Below, one piece after another: positions 45,373 to 57,265 of a stretch of DNA of 64,000 bases. Origin of the DNA: Minisyncoccota bacterium (lineage in GTDB: Bacteria; Patescibacteriota; Minisyncoccia; Phycocordibacterales; Phycocordibacteraceae). The notes beneath the pieces are model-generated. The model did no database searches. It was not told the DNA's origin and worked only from the letters and a program-made list of their open reading frames with translations. A program made the translations under genes and the position numbers. Each line of letters opens with the position of its first letter. The first letter of the stretch is position 1. Location of the stretch: NCBI GenBank assembly GCA_036405415.1, contig DASWXP010000002.1, forward strand, positions 125,862-189,861, read 5' to 3'.

Positions 45373-45957
45373 CTAGCGGGCGCGCTTTGCAAGACGCGCT
45401 ACGGTGCGCTTCCAGCGTTCCTGCTTAGCTTCTGACGCGTGCTCTGCGTGCCCGAACGCGGACACCCAGGTACGCAATCCAGCAAACTGAAGCAAGGATC
45501 GCTTGATAGATGCGGTGAAGTCGCCGAACGCGAGGTGATCGAGGATAGCGGGATTTCCGCACGTGATCATCACGCGCGCAGTGCGGCCCTTCAGAAGCGC
45601 ATCCCACCCGAAACGGTTCTTCCACATGCGGAACGCGAAGCGCGGGAGGAACATGCGGTCCCACATGCCTTTGAGTGGCGCCGGCATCCCGCCCCACCAG
45701 TTCGGGTACGCGAGTACGAAATGCTCGCACCAGGAAAGGTTTTCCTGGACTTTCACGAGATCAGGCTCGAGCTCCTGGATAGCACGGTATCCCTTATGGA
45801 GCGTCGGATCAAACGAGAGATCAAAAAGATTCATGCGGCGCACGTCGTGCCCTGCTGCTTTCGCTGCAGCTTCGTAGCAGTCGGCAAGCTGCCGGCTCAT
45901 GGGCTCCGGTCCTGAGTCCGGATGCCCGAGCAGGATGAATATGCGCTTACTCCGCAT
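45373..45957 (-). CDS. Flavodoxin-like fold NAD(P)H-dependent oxidoreductase (Flavodoxin_2 / quinone reductase family)
   Basis: RIFILLGHPDSG...SR N-terminus and YPNWWGGMPAPLKGWDR motif typical of MdaB/KefF/NQO-like FMN reductases. Confidence 0.7.
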   Translation of the reverse strand: MRSKRIFILLGHPDSGPEPMSRQLADCYEAAAKAAGHDVRRMNLFDLSFDPTLHKGYRAIQELEPDLVKVQENLSWCEHFVLAYPNWWGGMPAPLKGMWDRMFLPRFAFRMWKNRFGWDALLKGRTARVMITCGNPAILDHLAFGDFTASIKRSLLQFAGLRTWVSAFGHAEHASEAKQERWKRTVARLAKRAR

Positions 45958-45959
45958 GA

Positions 45960-46196
45960 TTATTTCTGCACGAGCGTCGCGAGCTCGGTGCGGTACTTCT
46001 TCATGACCTCCATCGTTGCCTTCATCTGCGGCTCGCCTCCTTTAACGCGCTTCTCGACTTCCTCGCCGATACGCTTGAAGAGTTCCGGGTCCTTCTGCAC
46101 GAGCGCCATGATCTGCTCCTGCTGTTCCTTCGGAACGTCCTTCATCTTCCATTTCATCGCCTGCTTAAGCAGGAAGTCCTGTAGTGCCATATGCAT
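45960..46196 (-). CDS. Small hypothetical protein (about 78 aa, Lys/Glu-rich helical)
   Basis: ATG(s) at 46196/46190 (MHMALQDFLLKQAMKWKMKDVPKEQQEQIMALVQKDPELFKRIGEEVEKRVKGGEPQMKATMEVMKKYRTELATLVQK), tight behind the preceding gene. The longer track ORF overlaps the upstream gene. Confidence 0.35.
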   Translation of the reverse strand: MHMALQDFLLKQAMKWKMKDVPKEQQEQIMALVQKDPELFKRIGEEVEKRVKGGEPQMKATMEVMKKYRTELATLVQK

Positions 46197-46233
46197 GCAT
46201 AATACCATTTCGCTTATATGGAAAAAGCCCGCA

Positions 46234-46602
46234 TTACCTGCGGGCCCTTCCACGGCTCGCGCGGATAAGCCGTCCGCGCCAGCGATAGAAGAAGTCGGTA
46301 GCTTTGGACCGGATCTGCTGGTCTGACAAGTTCTCATGGATGACCACAATGCAGTGCTGATCGCCGTAGTGCGCGCGATCCTTTTCCATCCCAGCCAGTG
46401 AAGACTTGATCTGAACCGGAATTATTCCAGCATCGATAGTGACAAAGGCATCGACACCAGCTTGATCTTCCTCAGGCGTGGCTCTCCGACAGTCAATGTA
46501 CCAAAACGGAGGCCGCCATACCGGAGACTGCATGGCGCTGAAGAACCGAAGTTCGGTACTCCCGCCATGCAAATCGCCAAGGAGCGAAGACGATACACTC
46601 AT
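46234..46602 (-). CDS. Hypothetical protein (122 aa)
   Basis: ATG 46602 with a strong SD AGGAGGGTG 5 nt upstream. No recognised domain. Confidence 0.45.
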   Translation of the reverse strand: MSVSSSLLGDLHGGSTELRFFSAMQSPVWRPPFWYIDCRRATPEEDQAGVDAFVTIDAGIIPVQIKSSLAGMEKDRAHYGDQHCIVVIHENLSDQQIRSKATDFFYRWRGRLIRASRGRARR

Positions 46603-46683
46603 TTCACCCTCCTGTGCTTATACCCTACTTGAACGTAGCAGCCCCGCGAACCATCGCTCGCGGGGCTGTGCATTGCAAAATTG

Positions 46684-46931
46684 CTACAGAAGTACCGTCG
46701 CCTGTCCCCCAGACACCTCCGCAATACCGCCCTTGTGAAGCGTGTACGACGTCTCAGCTCCGTCCGCAGTCTTCACGAGCGCGATGCCCTCCTGAAGCGG
46801 TGTAACGAACGCCTCATGCCCTGCCATCACCGTAAAGACGCCTTCGGCGCCCGGAAGCGTCACGGAGACCGCCTCTCCTGAGAAGAGGTTCTCTCCAACG
46901 TTTGCGATAGTGAGATGGAAGGTCTTTGCCA

Positions 46932-46932
<1 letters not shown>
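46684..46932 (-). CDS. atpC: F-type ATP synthase epsilon subunit (short; beta-sandwich domain only)
   Basis: 82 aa, N-terminal epsilon beta-sandwich (MAKTFHLTIANVGENLFSGEAVSVTLPGAEGVFTVMAGHEAFVTPL). Lacks the usual C-terminal helical hairpin. Overlaps the atpD stop by 1 nt. Confidence 0.8.
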
Positions 46933-49246
<2,314 letters not shown>

Positions 49247-49252
49247 GAGTCG

Positions 49253-50809
49253 TTATGCGGAACGAGATACGAACGTATCAAGCGCGGCACGAAGATCCTT
49301 CTCCGTGGTCTCGCCGATCTCGCGCGTGGTGCGGATAGCGGCAAGGATGCCGGTCGCCTCGCGGTTGAGGTAGTCCTGAAGACGCTCCTCAGCAGCTGCG
49401 GTGTCTTCCGGCGCGAACGTGTCGAAGTACCCGTTCGTAGCGGCGAAGATAACCGCAGCCTGGAGCTCGAACGGAAGGGGCTTGCCGTTGCCCTGCTTCA
49501 AGATCTCCGTCATGCGGCGGCCGCCGTCGATCTGCTTCTTGGTGTTCTCGTCGAGGTCCGAAGAGAACTGCATGAAGGCCTCGAGTTCGCGGAACTGTGC
49601 GAGCTCGAGCTTGATCTTGCCCGAGACCTTCTTCATTGCCTTGGTCTGCGCCGCAGAACCCACACGCGACACCGAGATACCGACGTTCATTGCCGGACGG
49701 AAGCCCTTGTTGAACATATCGGTCTCAAGGAAGATCTGGCCGTCCGTAATGGAAATCACGTTGGTCGGGATGTATGCGGACACGTCGTTCTCCTGCGTCT
49801 CGATGATCGGGAGCGCGGTGATTGAACCGCCACCCTTCTCCTTGGAGAGCTTCGCTGCGCGCTCAAGAAGGCGCGAGTGGAGGTAGAACACGTCTCCTGG
49901 GTACGCTTCGCGTCCTGGCGGGCGACGGAGAAGGAGGGAGAGCTGGCGGTATGCGACTGCCTGCTTCGAGAGGTCGTCGTAGATCACGAGCGCGTCCTTG
50001 CCCTGCTCCATGAAGTGCTCCGCGATAGCAGCGCCAGCGAACGGCGCGAGGAACTGGAAGGCAGCCGGAGACGATGCTGGTGCCGTGACCACGATGGTGT
50101 AGTCCATCGCGCCTGCCTCTGCGAGCTGTGCGACGATCTTCGCGGTCTTCGACTCCTTCTGGCCAATTGCGACGTACACGCAGATCGGACGCGTTGCCGA
50201 GTCCTCGGACTTCTGGTTGAGGATGGTATCCACCGCGATGGTGGTCTTTCCGGTTCCGCGGTCTCCGATGATGAGCTGACGCTGTCCGCGGCCGATCGGC
50301 GTCATGGCGTCAATTGCCTTGATGCCGGTATGGAGCGGCGTGTTCACCGGAGCGCGGTCGATAACGCCGTATGCTTCCTTCTCGATTGGACGGAAGGTAT
50401 TCGCCTTCGTCGGACCCTTGCCGTCGACCGCTTCGCCGAGCGGATTTACGACGCGTCCTACCAACGAGTCGCCTACCGGGATGGATAGGAGGCGACCCAC
50501 ACGACGCACGAGCATGCCTTCGTAGACCTTGGAGGCGTCCCCGAGGATAACGGCGCGGACGCCGTCCTCTTCGAGGTTCAGCACCAGACCGTATACCGGA
50601 TCCGCATCCTTCAGAGCGTCCTCAAGAGAACGGTCGAAGGTCGGATCGAAGAGCACCATCTCCGTCATGATGGCGTTCGAAAGCCCGTCGATCTCCGCGA
50701 TACCGTCTCCGGTCGCACGTACGATGCCGGTCTCTTCAGCTCCCGCAGATGCTGCGGTACCTGGGAATGAGGCGATTTCTGCCTCGATGCGCTTGATGAT
50801 GCTCTCCAT
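49253..50809 (-). CDS. atpA: F-type ATP synthase alpha subunit
   Basis: Walker A GDRGTGKT. 518 aa. Confidence 0.95.
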   Translation of the reverse strand: MESIIKRIEAEIASFPGTAASAGAEETGIVRATGDGIAEIDGLSNAIMTEMVLFDPTFDRSLEDALKDADPVYGLVLNLEEDGVRAVILGDASKVYEGMLVRRVGRLLSIPVGDSLVGRVVNPLGEAVDGKGPTKANTFRPIEKEAYGVIDRAPVNTPLHTGIKAIDAMTPIGRGQRQLIIGDRGTGKTTIAVDTILNQKSEDSATRPICVYVAIGQKESKTAKIVAQLAEAGAMDYTIVVTAPASSPAAFQFLAPFAGAAIAEHFMEQGKDALVIYDDLSKQAVAYRQLSLLLRRPPGREAYPGDVFYLHSRLLERAAKLSKEKGGGSITALPIIETQENDVSAYIPTNVISITDGQIFLETDMFNKGFRPAMNVGISVSRVGSAAQTKAMKKVSGKIKLELAQFRELEAFMQFSSDLDENTKKQIDGGRRMTEILKQGNGKPLPFELQAAVIFAATNGYFDTFAPEDTAAAEERLQDYLNREATGILAAIRTTREIGETTEKDLRAALDTFVSRSA

Positions 50810-50811
50810 AA

Positions 50812-51177
50812 CTAGTTCGTAATTCTCTGGTAAAGGTCTACTAAGCCTCTTTTAGCGGAGCGGTCTACGAGCGAGCTTCCGCTGCGCGCACGCCACCCGC
50901 GAATGAGGGACGGATTCACTGATACGTTCTCTGCCTCGATACCGAGTGCTTTCGCAGAGGAAAGCGCGGACGCCTTCTCTGCTTCGCTCGCTACCTCGAT
51001 AGAAGGAGCGAGGGACTGCCTGCGGGCATCAAGGGCTTTCAGTTCGCGAACGATGCCCGGAAGAAGCTTCATACGCCCCTCTGCTTTCAGGTGCGCGACG
51101 AGGCCGTCGACGAGTTTCTTCTCGTCCGTACCTATCGTGAGCTGCCGTGAAAGCGCGAGTGCGTATTCCTTCTCCAT
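50812..51177 (-). CDS. atpH: F-type ATP synthase delta (OSCP) subunit, short
   Basis: Position between atpF and atpA and OSCP-like helical content. Only 121 aa. Confidence 0.6.
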   Translation of the reverse strand: MEKEYALALSRQLTIGTDEKKLVDGLVAHLKAEGRMKLLPGIVRELKALDARRQSLAPSIEVASEAEKASALSSAKALGIEAENVSVNPSLIRGWRARSGSSLVDRSAKRGLVDLYQRITN

Positions 51178-51179
51178 AG

Positions 51180-51626
51180 CTATTTCGTGTCGCGAAGCAC
51201 CTTCTCTGCGGCAAGAACCGCGAGACGTGCTACTTCCTTCTCGCTCTCACGAAGGGCACGGGCCGCGGTCTCCTCGGCACGCGCTTCCGCGTCCGCCTGC
51301 ACCTGCGCCGCGCGGGCCTCCGCATCCTTCACGATGCGTGCCTTCTCCGCGTTCGCGTGTTCGCGAGCGTTTCCGACGATGCTGTCAGCCTCATCCGAAG
51401 CGCCCTGCACCACCTTCTGCGCCTCCTGGTCCGCGTTTGCGGCCGCTTCCGCTGCGCGCTCCGCGTCCTCGACGCCCTGCCGAATCTTCGCTGCGCGCTC
51501 GTCCAAGGTCTTCATCACCGGCTTGTAGAGCAGCCAGGTGAGCGCCACGAAGAGCACGCCGAAGTTGACGAGCTGCGCGAGAAGCAGCTTCCCGTCTATG
51601 CCGAATGCGTCGAAGAGTTGTTCCAT
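51180..51626 (-). CDS. atpF: F-type ATP synthase subunit b
   Basis: Single N-terminal TM helix then a long Ala/Glu/Arg-rich coiled coil. 148 aa. Confidence 0.8.
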   Translation of the reverse strand: MEQLFDAFGIDGKLLLAQLVNFGVLFVALTWLLYKPVMKTLDERAAKIRQGVEDAERAAEAAANADQEAQKVVQGASDEADSIVGNAREHANAEKARIVKDAEARAAQVQADAEARAEETAARALRESEKEVARLAVLAAEKVLRDTK

Positions 51627-51645
51627 AGCGCAGCTCCTAATCTAG

Positions 51646-51897
<252 letters not shown>

Positions 51898-51940
51898 TTA
51901 AGTTTTTTGCTCCATCCCGGAGCCGCGTGGAGAGGCGGCG

Positions 51941-52828
51941 CTAATGCGCCTCCTGCCCATGCGGTTCCATGATCGATAGCTTGATGAAGAACAGGGTCAG
52001 CATCGAGAACACCACTGCCTGGATGAAGCCCACGAAGACCTCGAAGGCCATGAGTGGCACCGGCAACAGGTACGCGACGAAGAACCCGACCACCACGAGC
52101 ATCACCTCGCCCGCGAACACGTTTCCGAAGAGACGGAATGAGAACGAGATGAGGCGCCCGATGTTCGACACGAGCTCGATCAATCCCACGGCAAAATCGA
52201 TAGGCGAATTGAAGTTGATGTACTTGCCCGCATACTTGAAGAAGCCGAGAATCACCACACCCGAGATCTCGATCACGAGGAACGAGATGATCGCGAGCGC
52301 GAGCGTCATGTTGAGGTCTGCGGCCGGAGCGCGCAGCAGGGGCGTGAGTCCTCCGTGCCCATTGTCGATGCCAATCGAGCCCACGCCCGGAACGAACGCA
52401 AGCTGGTTGGCGAGGAAGACGAAGAGGAAGATCGTCATGATGAGCGGGAAGAACTTGCGTGCGAGCTTCTCGCTCTCCAGCGTCTCCGCCATGTAGTTGA
52501 GGACGCCCTGAAAGAGCATCTCGACGCCTGCCTGAAGCTTCCCTGGGATCATCGAGAGCTTGGAGCGCACCGCGTACGCAAACGCGAGCAAGAGGACGGT
52601 CGTGATAACCGTCATGATAAGGGAGTTCGTCACCGGGAACCCGAGTATATTGAAGACCTCCTCTGCCTTGAGGACCACGTGGATGCCAGAGCCATGGGAA
52701 GCGGCCGCTTCAGCAGCGTGCGCACCCTCTTCTACCGCATGCTCCGAAGCCTCCGTAGCGGCATGCGCTACGGAGATATATAGGTACGTATTGAAAAATG
52801 ACCCGATCTGGGCCAGTACCCCTGTCAT
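51941..52828 (-). CDS. atpB: F-type ATP synthase subunit a
   Basis: 295 aa polytopic. Conserved Arg region FSFRLFGNVFAGE. Confidence 0.9.
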   Translation of the reverse strand: MTGVLAQIGSFFNTYLYISVAHAATEASEHAVEEGAHAAEAAASHGSGIHVVLKAEEVFNILGFPVTNSLIMTVITTVLLLAFAYAVRSKLSMIPGKLQAGVEMLFQGVLNYMAETLESEKLARKFFPLIMTIFLFVFLANQLAFVPGVGSIGIDNGHGGLTPLLRAPAADLNMTLALAIISFLVIEISGVVILGFFKYAGKYINFNSPIDFAVGLIELVSNIGRLISFSFRLFGNVFAGEVMLVVVGFFVAYLLPVPLMAFEVFVGFIQAVVFSMLTLFFIKLSIMEPHGQEAH

Positions 52829-52876
52829 GAGGACAGTGTATCAGAGCCGGTTATATAGACAAAATGTGGGTAGCGG

Positions 52877-53410
52877 CTATTTCCCTGCCTTAAGCGCCTC
52901 AAGGTCCGCCAGTACCCTCGCTACGTCCTTCGTGAGCTGCTCGAGGGTCTCCGCCTTCGTCGGCTTCTTGCCTTTCGGCTTCTTTTCACGAGGCTCGTCA
53001 TCATCGTCCTCGTTGAGCTCCTCGACGTCTTCCTGGATCTCGTCGATGTCCTCGGAGATCTCCTCGATGTCCTCAGAGATCTCTTCGAGGTCCTCCTGGA
53101 TATCCTCCATGTCCTCACCGAGCTCCTCGACGTCCTCCTGGATCTCGTCGATGTCTTCCTCAACCTCGCGAAGGCTCTGGGTATGCTTGTTAACCGTTAT
53201 CTGGATGAAGATAGCAAGATAGATGGCTTCGAGGGAAAGTATGGTTGTGAGGACAAGGAGCATGAGCTCCCAGGAGAGGATGCCGAATACCGCGAGTAGG
53301 AAGAATGCAGCGAAGGCAGCGCTGTGCACGAAGAGAGACTGTACGGAGCCAACGCTTGATACGATGCGCTCAACCGCATTCGGAACATAGGGAGCTCGTG
53401 GCGTGCGCAT
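52877..53410 (-). CDS. Membrane protein, possibly DUF1003 family, with an acidic heptad-repeat tail
   Basis: ATG 53410 (MRTPRAPY...). Two TM helices then ...EDIDEIQEDVEELGEDMEDIQEDLEEISEDIEEISEDIDEIQEDVEEL... then a Lys-rich end. The longer track ORF runs antisense into mltG and is rejected. Confidence 0.45.
   Translation of the reverse strand: MRTPRAPYVPNAVERIVSSVGSVQSLFVHSAAFAAFFLLAVFGILSWELMLLVLTTILSLEAIYLAIFIQITVNKHTQSLREVEEDIDEIQEDVEELGEDMEDIQEDLEEISEDIEEISEDIDEIQEDVEELNEDDDDEPREKKPKGKKPTKAETLEQLTKDVARVLADLEALKAGK
52995..53170. repeat. Tandem approximately 21-nt coding repeats (7-aa acidic units EDIxEIx, 7-8 copies)
   Basis: Visible periodicity gatctc(c/t)tcgatgtcctc(g/a)ga... on the plus strand, inside gene 52877..53410. 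Confidence 0.55.
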
Positions 53411-53476
53411 TACGTTGACCGTACCACCGTACTCCGCACGCTGTCGAGGAACACCTGTGCGTATCAGTTCCTTTTT

Positions 53477-54559
53477 ATGAGATTCATGGGATACAATACG
53501 GAGCAAATGGCGAACATGCCGAGGCGCAATCTTATGCCGCATCCGGCGCTCAGGCGTCGTGCGAAGACGCGCGCAGACCTGCGTGCGGCAGGTTCCGCGA
53601 TCCTTGCGCTCGTGCTCGTATCGTTCGCACTCCTTTCCCTTCCCAAGGTGCTTCAGAACCAGGTTATCGTGGCAGCCGAGGAGCCGGCAAAGCCTCCCTT
53701 CCCGGTTACGGTTGACCCTATCAACGAGACTATCTCTGAAGACCCGGCCGTAGACGCGCTGTTCGGCGAGACGAACGAGTCGCTTGAGGCTGCCGCGTGG
53801 CTCGGCAGCGCCGCTATAACCAAGCTCGCGAACCTCATCGCTTCCATTCCGGGCTATTCCCAGATCGCAGGCTCCGATATCGCGTTCGTAGACATCAAGG
53901 CAGGATACCGCCAGGAAGAGGTTGCTCGCTCCTTTGGGCTTGCACTCGGATGGACGAAGGCGGAGCAAGAAGCGTTTCTGAAGCAGCTGAGCGAAACCGA
54001 GCCTGAACTCCTTGAGGGCGAGGCGGTGCCAGGTATCTATATGGTGTCTTCTGCAGCGAACCCGTCGTACGTGCAGGAACTCCTTTCAGACCGCTTCGAG
54101 CGCGATGTAGCGTCCCGCTACAGCTCAGAGGCGGAGAAGGTGCTTCCGCTTGAGGACGTGCTTACGATCGCATCCTTGCTTCAACGCGAGACCCGCGATC
54201 CGTCCGAGATGCGCCTCATCTCCGGCATCATCTGGAACCGTCTGTGGAGCGGCATGAACCTCCAGATTGATGCGACGCTGCAGTACGCAAAGGCCTCCAA
54301 GGGCGGCACGAAGACCTGGTGGCCGGTGCCGGTACCGAACGACAAGTACATCAAGTCCGAGTACAACACGTACCAGAACGAAGGGCTTCCTCCGGCACCT
54401 ATCGCAAGCCCCTCGACCGAAGCAATCCTTGCAGCGCTCAACCCGAAGAAGACCGACTGTATCTTCTATTTCCATGACCGCAGAGGGAACATGCACTGCT
54501 CTCCTGACTATCAGGGGCACGTGAAGCTGCTTAAGAAGTATTACGGACAGGGACGATAG
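53477..54559 (+). CDS. mltG: Endolytic murein transglycosylase MltG (YceG family)
   Basis: N-terminal TM anchor. YceG-like core with ASLLQRETRDPSEMRLISGIIWNRL and LQIDATLQYA; C-terminal FYFHD...G.H.FS-like motif. Confidence 0.85.
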   Translation: MRFMGYNTEQMANMPRRNLMPHPALRRRAKTRADLRAAGSAILALVLVSFALLSLPKVLQNQVIVAAEEPAKPPFPVTVDPINETISEDPAVDALFGETNESLEAAAWLGSAAITKLANLIASIPGYSQIAGSDIAFVDIKAGYRQEEVARSFGLALGWTKAEQEAFLKQLSETEPELLEGEAVPGIYMVSSAANPSYVQELLSDRFERDVASRYSSEAEKVLPLEDVLTIASLLQRETRDPSEMRLISGIIWNRLWSGMNLQIDATLQYAKASKGGTKTWWPVPVPNDKYIKSEYNTYQNEGLPPAPIASPSTEAILAALNPKKTDCIFYFHDRRGNMHCSPDYQGHVKLLKKYYGQGR

Positions 54560-54565
54560 GAAAAG

Positions 54566-54594
54566 CAAAAAAGGCGCTCCAAGAGCGCCTTTTT
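54566..54594. terminator. Bidirectional rho-independent terminator (A-run, ggcgctc-caa-gagcgcc, T-run) between mltG and tspO
   Basis: 7-bp GC stem with flanking A7 and T5. Confidence 0.6.
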
Positions 54595-54596
54595 GC

Positions 54597-55067
54597 TTAG
54601 TTGAGAACGAGAATTCCGATAGTAAGGCTCGTAGCGTACAGGCACCACAGGAGATACGGAACGAGCAGATAGCTCGCCGCATGTGAATGGCGCCAGAAGA
54701 GCTTGATGAGCAGCGCTACAAGCACGTCGAGCAACAGGATAACGATCGTCGCGAGCAGGAGCTCGTGCAGCGTGAAGAATACGATGGACCAGAGCGTGTT
54801 AACGACGAGATGCGCAACGAAGAGCCAGAGCACCGGATACTTCCCGAGCTTCTTGCTGCGAGACACCAGGAACGCAGCGGTTCCCATAAGCACGTAGAGC
54901 GTGGTCCAGACCGGACCGAACACCCAGTTCGGCGGCGTCCACGAAGGCTTCGTAAGGCCTGCGTACCAGGTGCCGATCTCGCTCATGGTGAACGCGGATC
55001 CAATGAAGCCCGCGCCAAGCGAAAGCAAGACGAAGAACAGGAGTGCGAAGAATGAGCCGAGGCGCAT
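54597..55067 (-). CDS. tspO: TspO/MBR family tryptophan-rich sensory protein
   Basis: 156 aa, 5 TM helices, with LTKPSWTPPNWVFGPVWTTLY. Confidence 0.8.
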   Translation of the reverse strand: MRLGSFFALLFFVLLSLGAGFIGSAFTMSEIGTWYAGLTKPSWTPPNWVFGPVWTTLYVLMGTAAFLVSRSKKLGKYPVLWLFVAHLVVNTLWSIVFFTLHELLLATIVILLLDVLVALLIKLFWRHSHAASYLLVPYLLWCLYATSLTIGILVLN

Positions 55068-55068
55068 A

Positions 55069-55479
55069 TTAGTAGCTGAGGAACTTCGTCGCGATCAGGT
55101 ACACGGACACGGACGTAAGGGCCGTGAATACGGTGCCCCAGATGAGGTCTACGATGGTAAGCGGAAGCGGCCAGCCCGTGATAGTCGCGAGGTTCGTAAG
55201 GTCGTAGGTCGCGTACGCGGCAAAGCCTAGGAACGCGCCCGCAAGGAGCGCATGCGTGAGTGACTTCATGCTTATTGCCGGCATGAGCACGAAGAACGCG
55301 ATGGCGAGCGCGTAGATCACGTAGAACGCGATGGCTGCCGGCCATACCACATCAAGACGGAGCATGGAGCCGAGCTGCGCGCGATAGAAGCCCTGCGCGA
55401 CGAGGCCGATCCAGATAAGGTCAATGATAAGAAGCATCGGGAACGCGATTCCTGCGAGGATGAGTGTCTGCATATGCAT
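55069..55479 (-). CDS. Small polytopic membrane protein (DUF2177-like)
   Basis: 136 aa, 4 TM helices, and a YDLTN motif reminiscent of DUF2177. Weak family call. Confidence 0.45.
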   Translation of the reverse strand: MHMQTLILAGIAFPMLLIIDLIWIGLVAQGFYRAQLGSMLRLDVVWPAAIAFYVIYALAIAFFVLMPAISMKSLTHALLAGAFLGFAAYATYDLTNLATITGWPLPLTIVDLIWGTVFTALTSVSVYLIATKFLSY

Positions 55480-55561
55480 AAAGTATATACCCCACCCGCG
55501 ATGGAAATAGGGTGAAGCATCTGGTATTGTGCGGAAGCTGAACGCTCGCGTTCAGCACCTC

Positions 55562-55635
55562 GGGATGTGGTATAGTGGTATTACGTACGCTTCGGGTGCG
55601 TATAACCCGAGTTCGATTCTCGGCATCCCGACCAA
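55562..55635 (+). tRNA. tRNA-Pro (anticodon CGG), CCA encoded
   Basis: Manually folded. Acceptor CGGGATG/CATCCCG, anticodon stem TACGC/GCGTA with loop TTCGGGT, T-arm CCGAG-TTCGATT-CTCGG, discriminator A. 74 nt. Confidence 0.9.
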
Positions 55636-55640
55636 TAGGA

Positions 55641-55668
55641 AAAGGCCTCGCAACTGCGAGGCCTTTTC
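55641..55668. terminator. Bidirectional terminator (AAAA-ggcctcgca-ac-tgcgaggcc-TTTT) after tRNA-Pro and after rlmH
   Basis: 9-bp stem flanked by A and T runs. Confidence 0.6.
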
Positions 55669-56112
55669 CTATGCGTGATGGTACTTGCCTCCCGCGCGTA
55701 TAGACCATGCTCTGTAGAGCTGTTCCGCAAGAATCAAACGAACAAGCATGTGCGGAAACACGAGCTTTGAGAGACTTATGGTCTTATTCGCTCGCGCTTT
55801 CACTTCCTCGCTTGCGCCGAACGCGCCGCCGATTACGAACACGAGACGCTTCGTACCGGCGTTCAGTTCCCCGTCCAAGAGATTCGCGAGTCCCGGACTA
55901 TCTATCTCCTTCCCACGCTCGTCAAGGAGAACAACCGCATCCTCAGGCTTAAGAAGCTTCAGTATCGCTGCGCCCTCGCTTTCCTTCGTGCCAATAGCTG
56001 GGAACGCCCATTCGATCGGAAGCGCGGATGAAAGGCGCTTCTCGTACTCTGCGATTGCATCGCGGAACTCAAGGCTATGCGCTTTTCCGGGAGAGACAAT
56101 GAGGAGTTTCAT
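55669..56112 (-). CDS. rlmH: 23S rRNA (pseudouridine1915-N3)-methyltransferase RlmH (SPOUT)
   Basis: ATG 56112 (MKLLIVSPGK...). RlmH-like core with the C-terminal motif LSKLVFPHMLVRLILAEQLYRA. 147 aa. The longer track ORF would run through tRNA-Ala. Confidence 0.8.
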   Translation of the reverse strand: MKLLIVSPGKAHSLEFRDAIAEYEKRLSSALPIEWAFPAIGTKESEGAAILKLLKPEDAVVLLDERGKEIDSPGLANLLDGELNAGTKRLVFVIGGAFGASEEVKARANKTISLSKLVFPHMLVRLILAEQLYRAWSIRAGGKYHHA

Positions 56113-56144
56113 AAAAGGAGAAAGCCCCTTTCGGGGCATTACTC

Positions 56145-56219
56145 GGTGGACCGTACAGGATTCGAACCTGCGACCCCCTCTTTGCAAAAGAGGTGCTCTA
56201 CCAACTGAGCTAACGGCCC
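56145..56219 (-). tRNA. tRNA-Ala (anticodon TGC), G3:U70 present, terminal A of CCA not encoded
   Basis: Manually folded. Acceptor GGGCCGT/ACGGTCC with the G3-U70 wobble. D-arm GCTC-AGTTGGTA-GAGC, anticodon stem CCTCT/AGAGG with loop TTTGCAA, T-loop TTCGAAT, discriminator A. Confidence 0.9.
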
Positions 56220-56222
56220 GCG

Positions 56223-57215
56223 TTAGCGAACGTGAGTACTGTATCGTTTCTTGCCGCTGAGAGCAAGGTCTACGAGGTGGGACAGGAAGTCCGGGAAGGA
56301 CACCCCGATAGCCCCCAGGGACTTCGGGAGGAGGGACTCCGTGGTCATGCCTGGAAGGGTATTCGTCTCGAGGAAATAGATGCCTTTCGGCGTAACCATG
56401 AAGTCGGAACGTGAGTAATGGCGGAGCCCCAACCCCTCATGCATGACCCGTGCCTGGCGCATGAGCTCCTCCTGCACAGTCTTCGCGAACCTGCCCGGCA
56501 CAATCTCGCGAGTCGCGCCTGAGTACTTCGCGCCATATGAGAAGAAGTCTCCTTGCGGCGGGACTATCTCTATAGGCGGGAGCGCGTACAACGATTCCCC
56601 ACGAAGGTGCTCCACGACGCCTGCCGTTGCCTCGGTACCGCGGATCAGTTCCTCTACGAGCACCCCGCCGGCGTCTTCCCCAAGAAGCGCCTCGAGCGCG
56701 TCATGGACCGGTTTGAACCCGCCCACGATAGAGATGCCTACCGACGAACCCCAACGCACCGGCTTCACTACAACCGGCTGATGGAAGGAGCGCACGATCT
56801 CCATAGCAGCAGCCTGCGTATCGCTCCCGTGCTCGACGAAGCGGTAGCGGGGCGTAAGCAGACCGAGCTCCTTCGCCTTCTCCTTCGTAAGCACCTTATG
56901 CATCGCAAGGTACGATGCGAACGAATCGGAACCGGTGTACGGCACCCCATGGCGCTCAAGGAGCTTCTGGACCTCCCCGTCCTCTCCGTATTCGCCATGC
57001 AGGCCGATAACCGCCACATCGATCTGCGGCAGCACGCGCACCGGATCCGTGACCCTTCCGCGCTCATGCCATATGCCATTGCGGTCTATGTAGAGATCGC
57101 GCACCGTAAAGCGGTCCTCGGGAAGGTTCTGGATGATGGCGTGCCCGGTCTTGAGAGACACCTCATGCTCCCGTGAAGGACCGCCTCTAAGAACGCCAAC
57201 AACCGTGCCGCGCAT
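56223..57215 (-). CDS. ddl: D-alanine--D-alanine ligase
   Basis: ATG 57215 (MRGTVVGVLRGGPSREHEVSL...). ATP-grasp motifs. The track start is TTG. Confidence 0.9.
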   Translation of the reverse strand: MRGTVVGVLRGGPSREHEVSLKTGHAIIQNLPEDRFTVRDLYIDRNGIWHERGRVTDPVRVLPQIDVAVIGLHGEYGEDGEVQKLLERHGVPYTGSDSFASYLAMHKVLTKEKAKELGLLTPRYRFVEHGSDTQAAAMEIVRSFHQPVVVKPVRWGSSVGISIVGGFKPVHDALEALLGEDAGGVLVEELIRGTEATAGVVEHLRGESLYALPPIEIVPPQGDFFSYGAKYSGATREIVPGRFAKTVQEELMRQARVMHEGLGLRHYSRSDFMVTPKGIYFLETNTLPGMTTESLLPKSLGAIGVSFPDFLSHLVDLALSGKKRYSTHVR

Positions 57216-57223
57216 ATGAAGAA

Positions 57224-57229
57224 AGTATA
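57224..57229 (-). promoter_or_regulatory. Putative -10 TATACT 8 nt upstream of the ddl ATG (leaderless-type), immediately after a terminator
   Basis: Minus strand reads ...TTTTCCTTTGC TATACT ttcttca ATG. Confidence 0.4.
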
Positions 57230-57236
57230 GCAAAGG

Positions 57237-57265
57237 AAAAGGCCGTCGCTTGGAGCTAAACGGCC
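57237..57265 (-). terminator. Rho-independent terminator (ggccgt-ttagctccaagcg-acggcc then TTTTCCTTT) ending the transcript upstream of ddl
   Basis: 6-bp GC stem (with extendable pairing) plus a T tract on the minus strand. Confidence 0.5.

Noticed and set aside
52877-53968. Full 363-aa track ORF upstream of atpB.
   Set aside because: Its N-terminal 180 codons run antisense through the mltG gene and its divergent promoter region, and are Arg/Cys-rich nonsense. Only the C-terminal 177 aa from ATG 53410 form a plausible protein.
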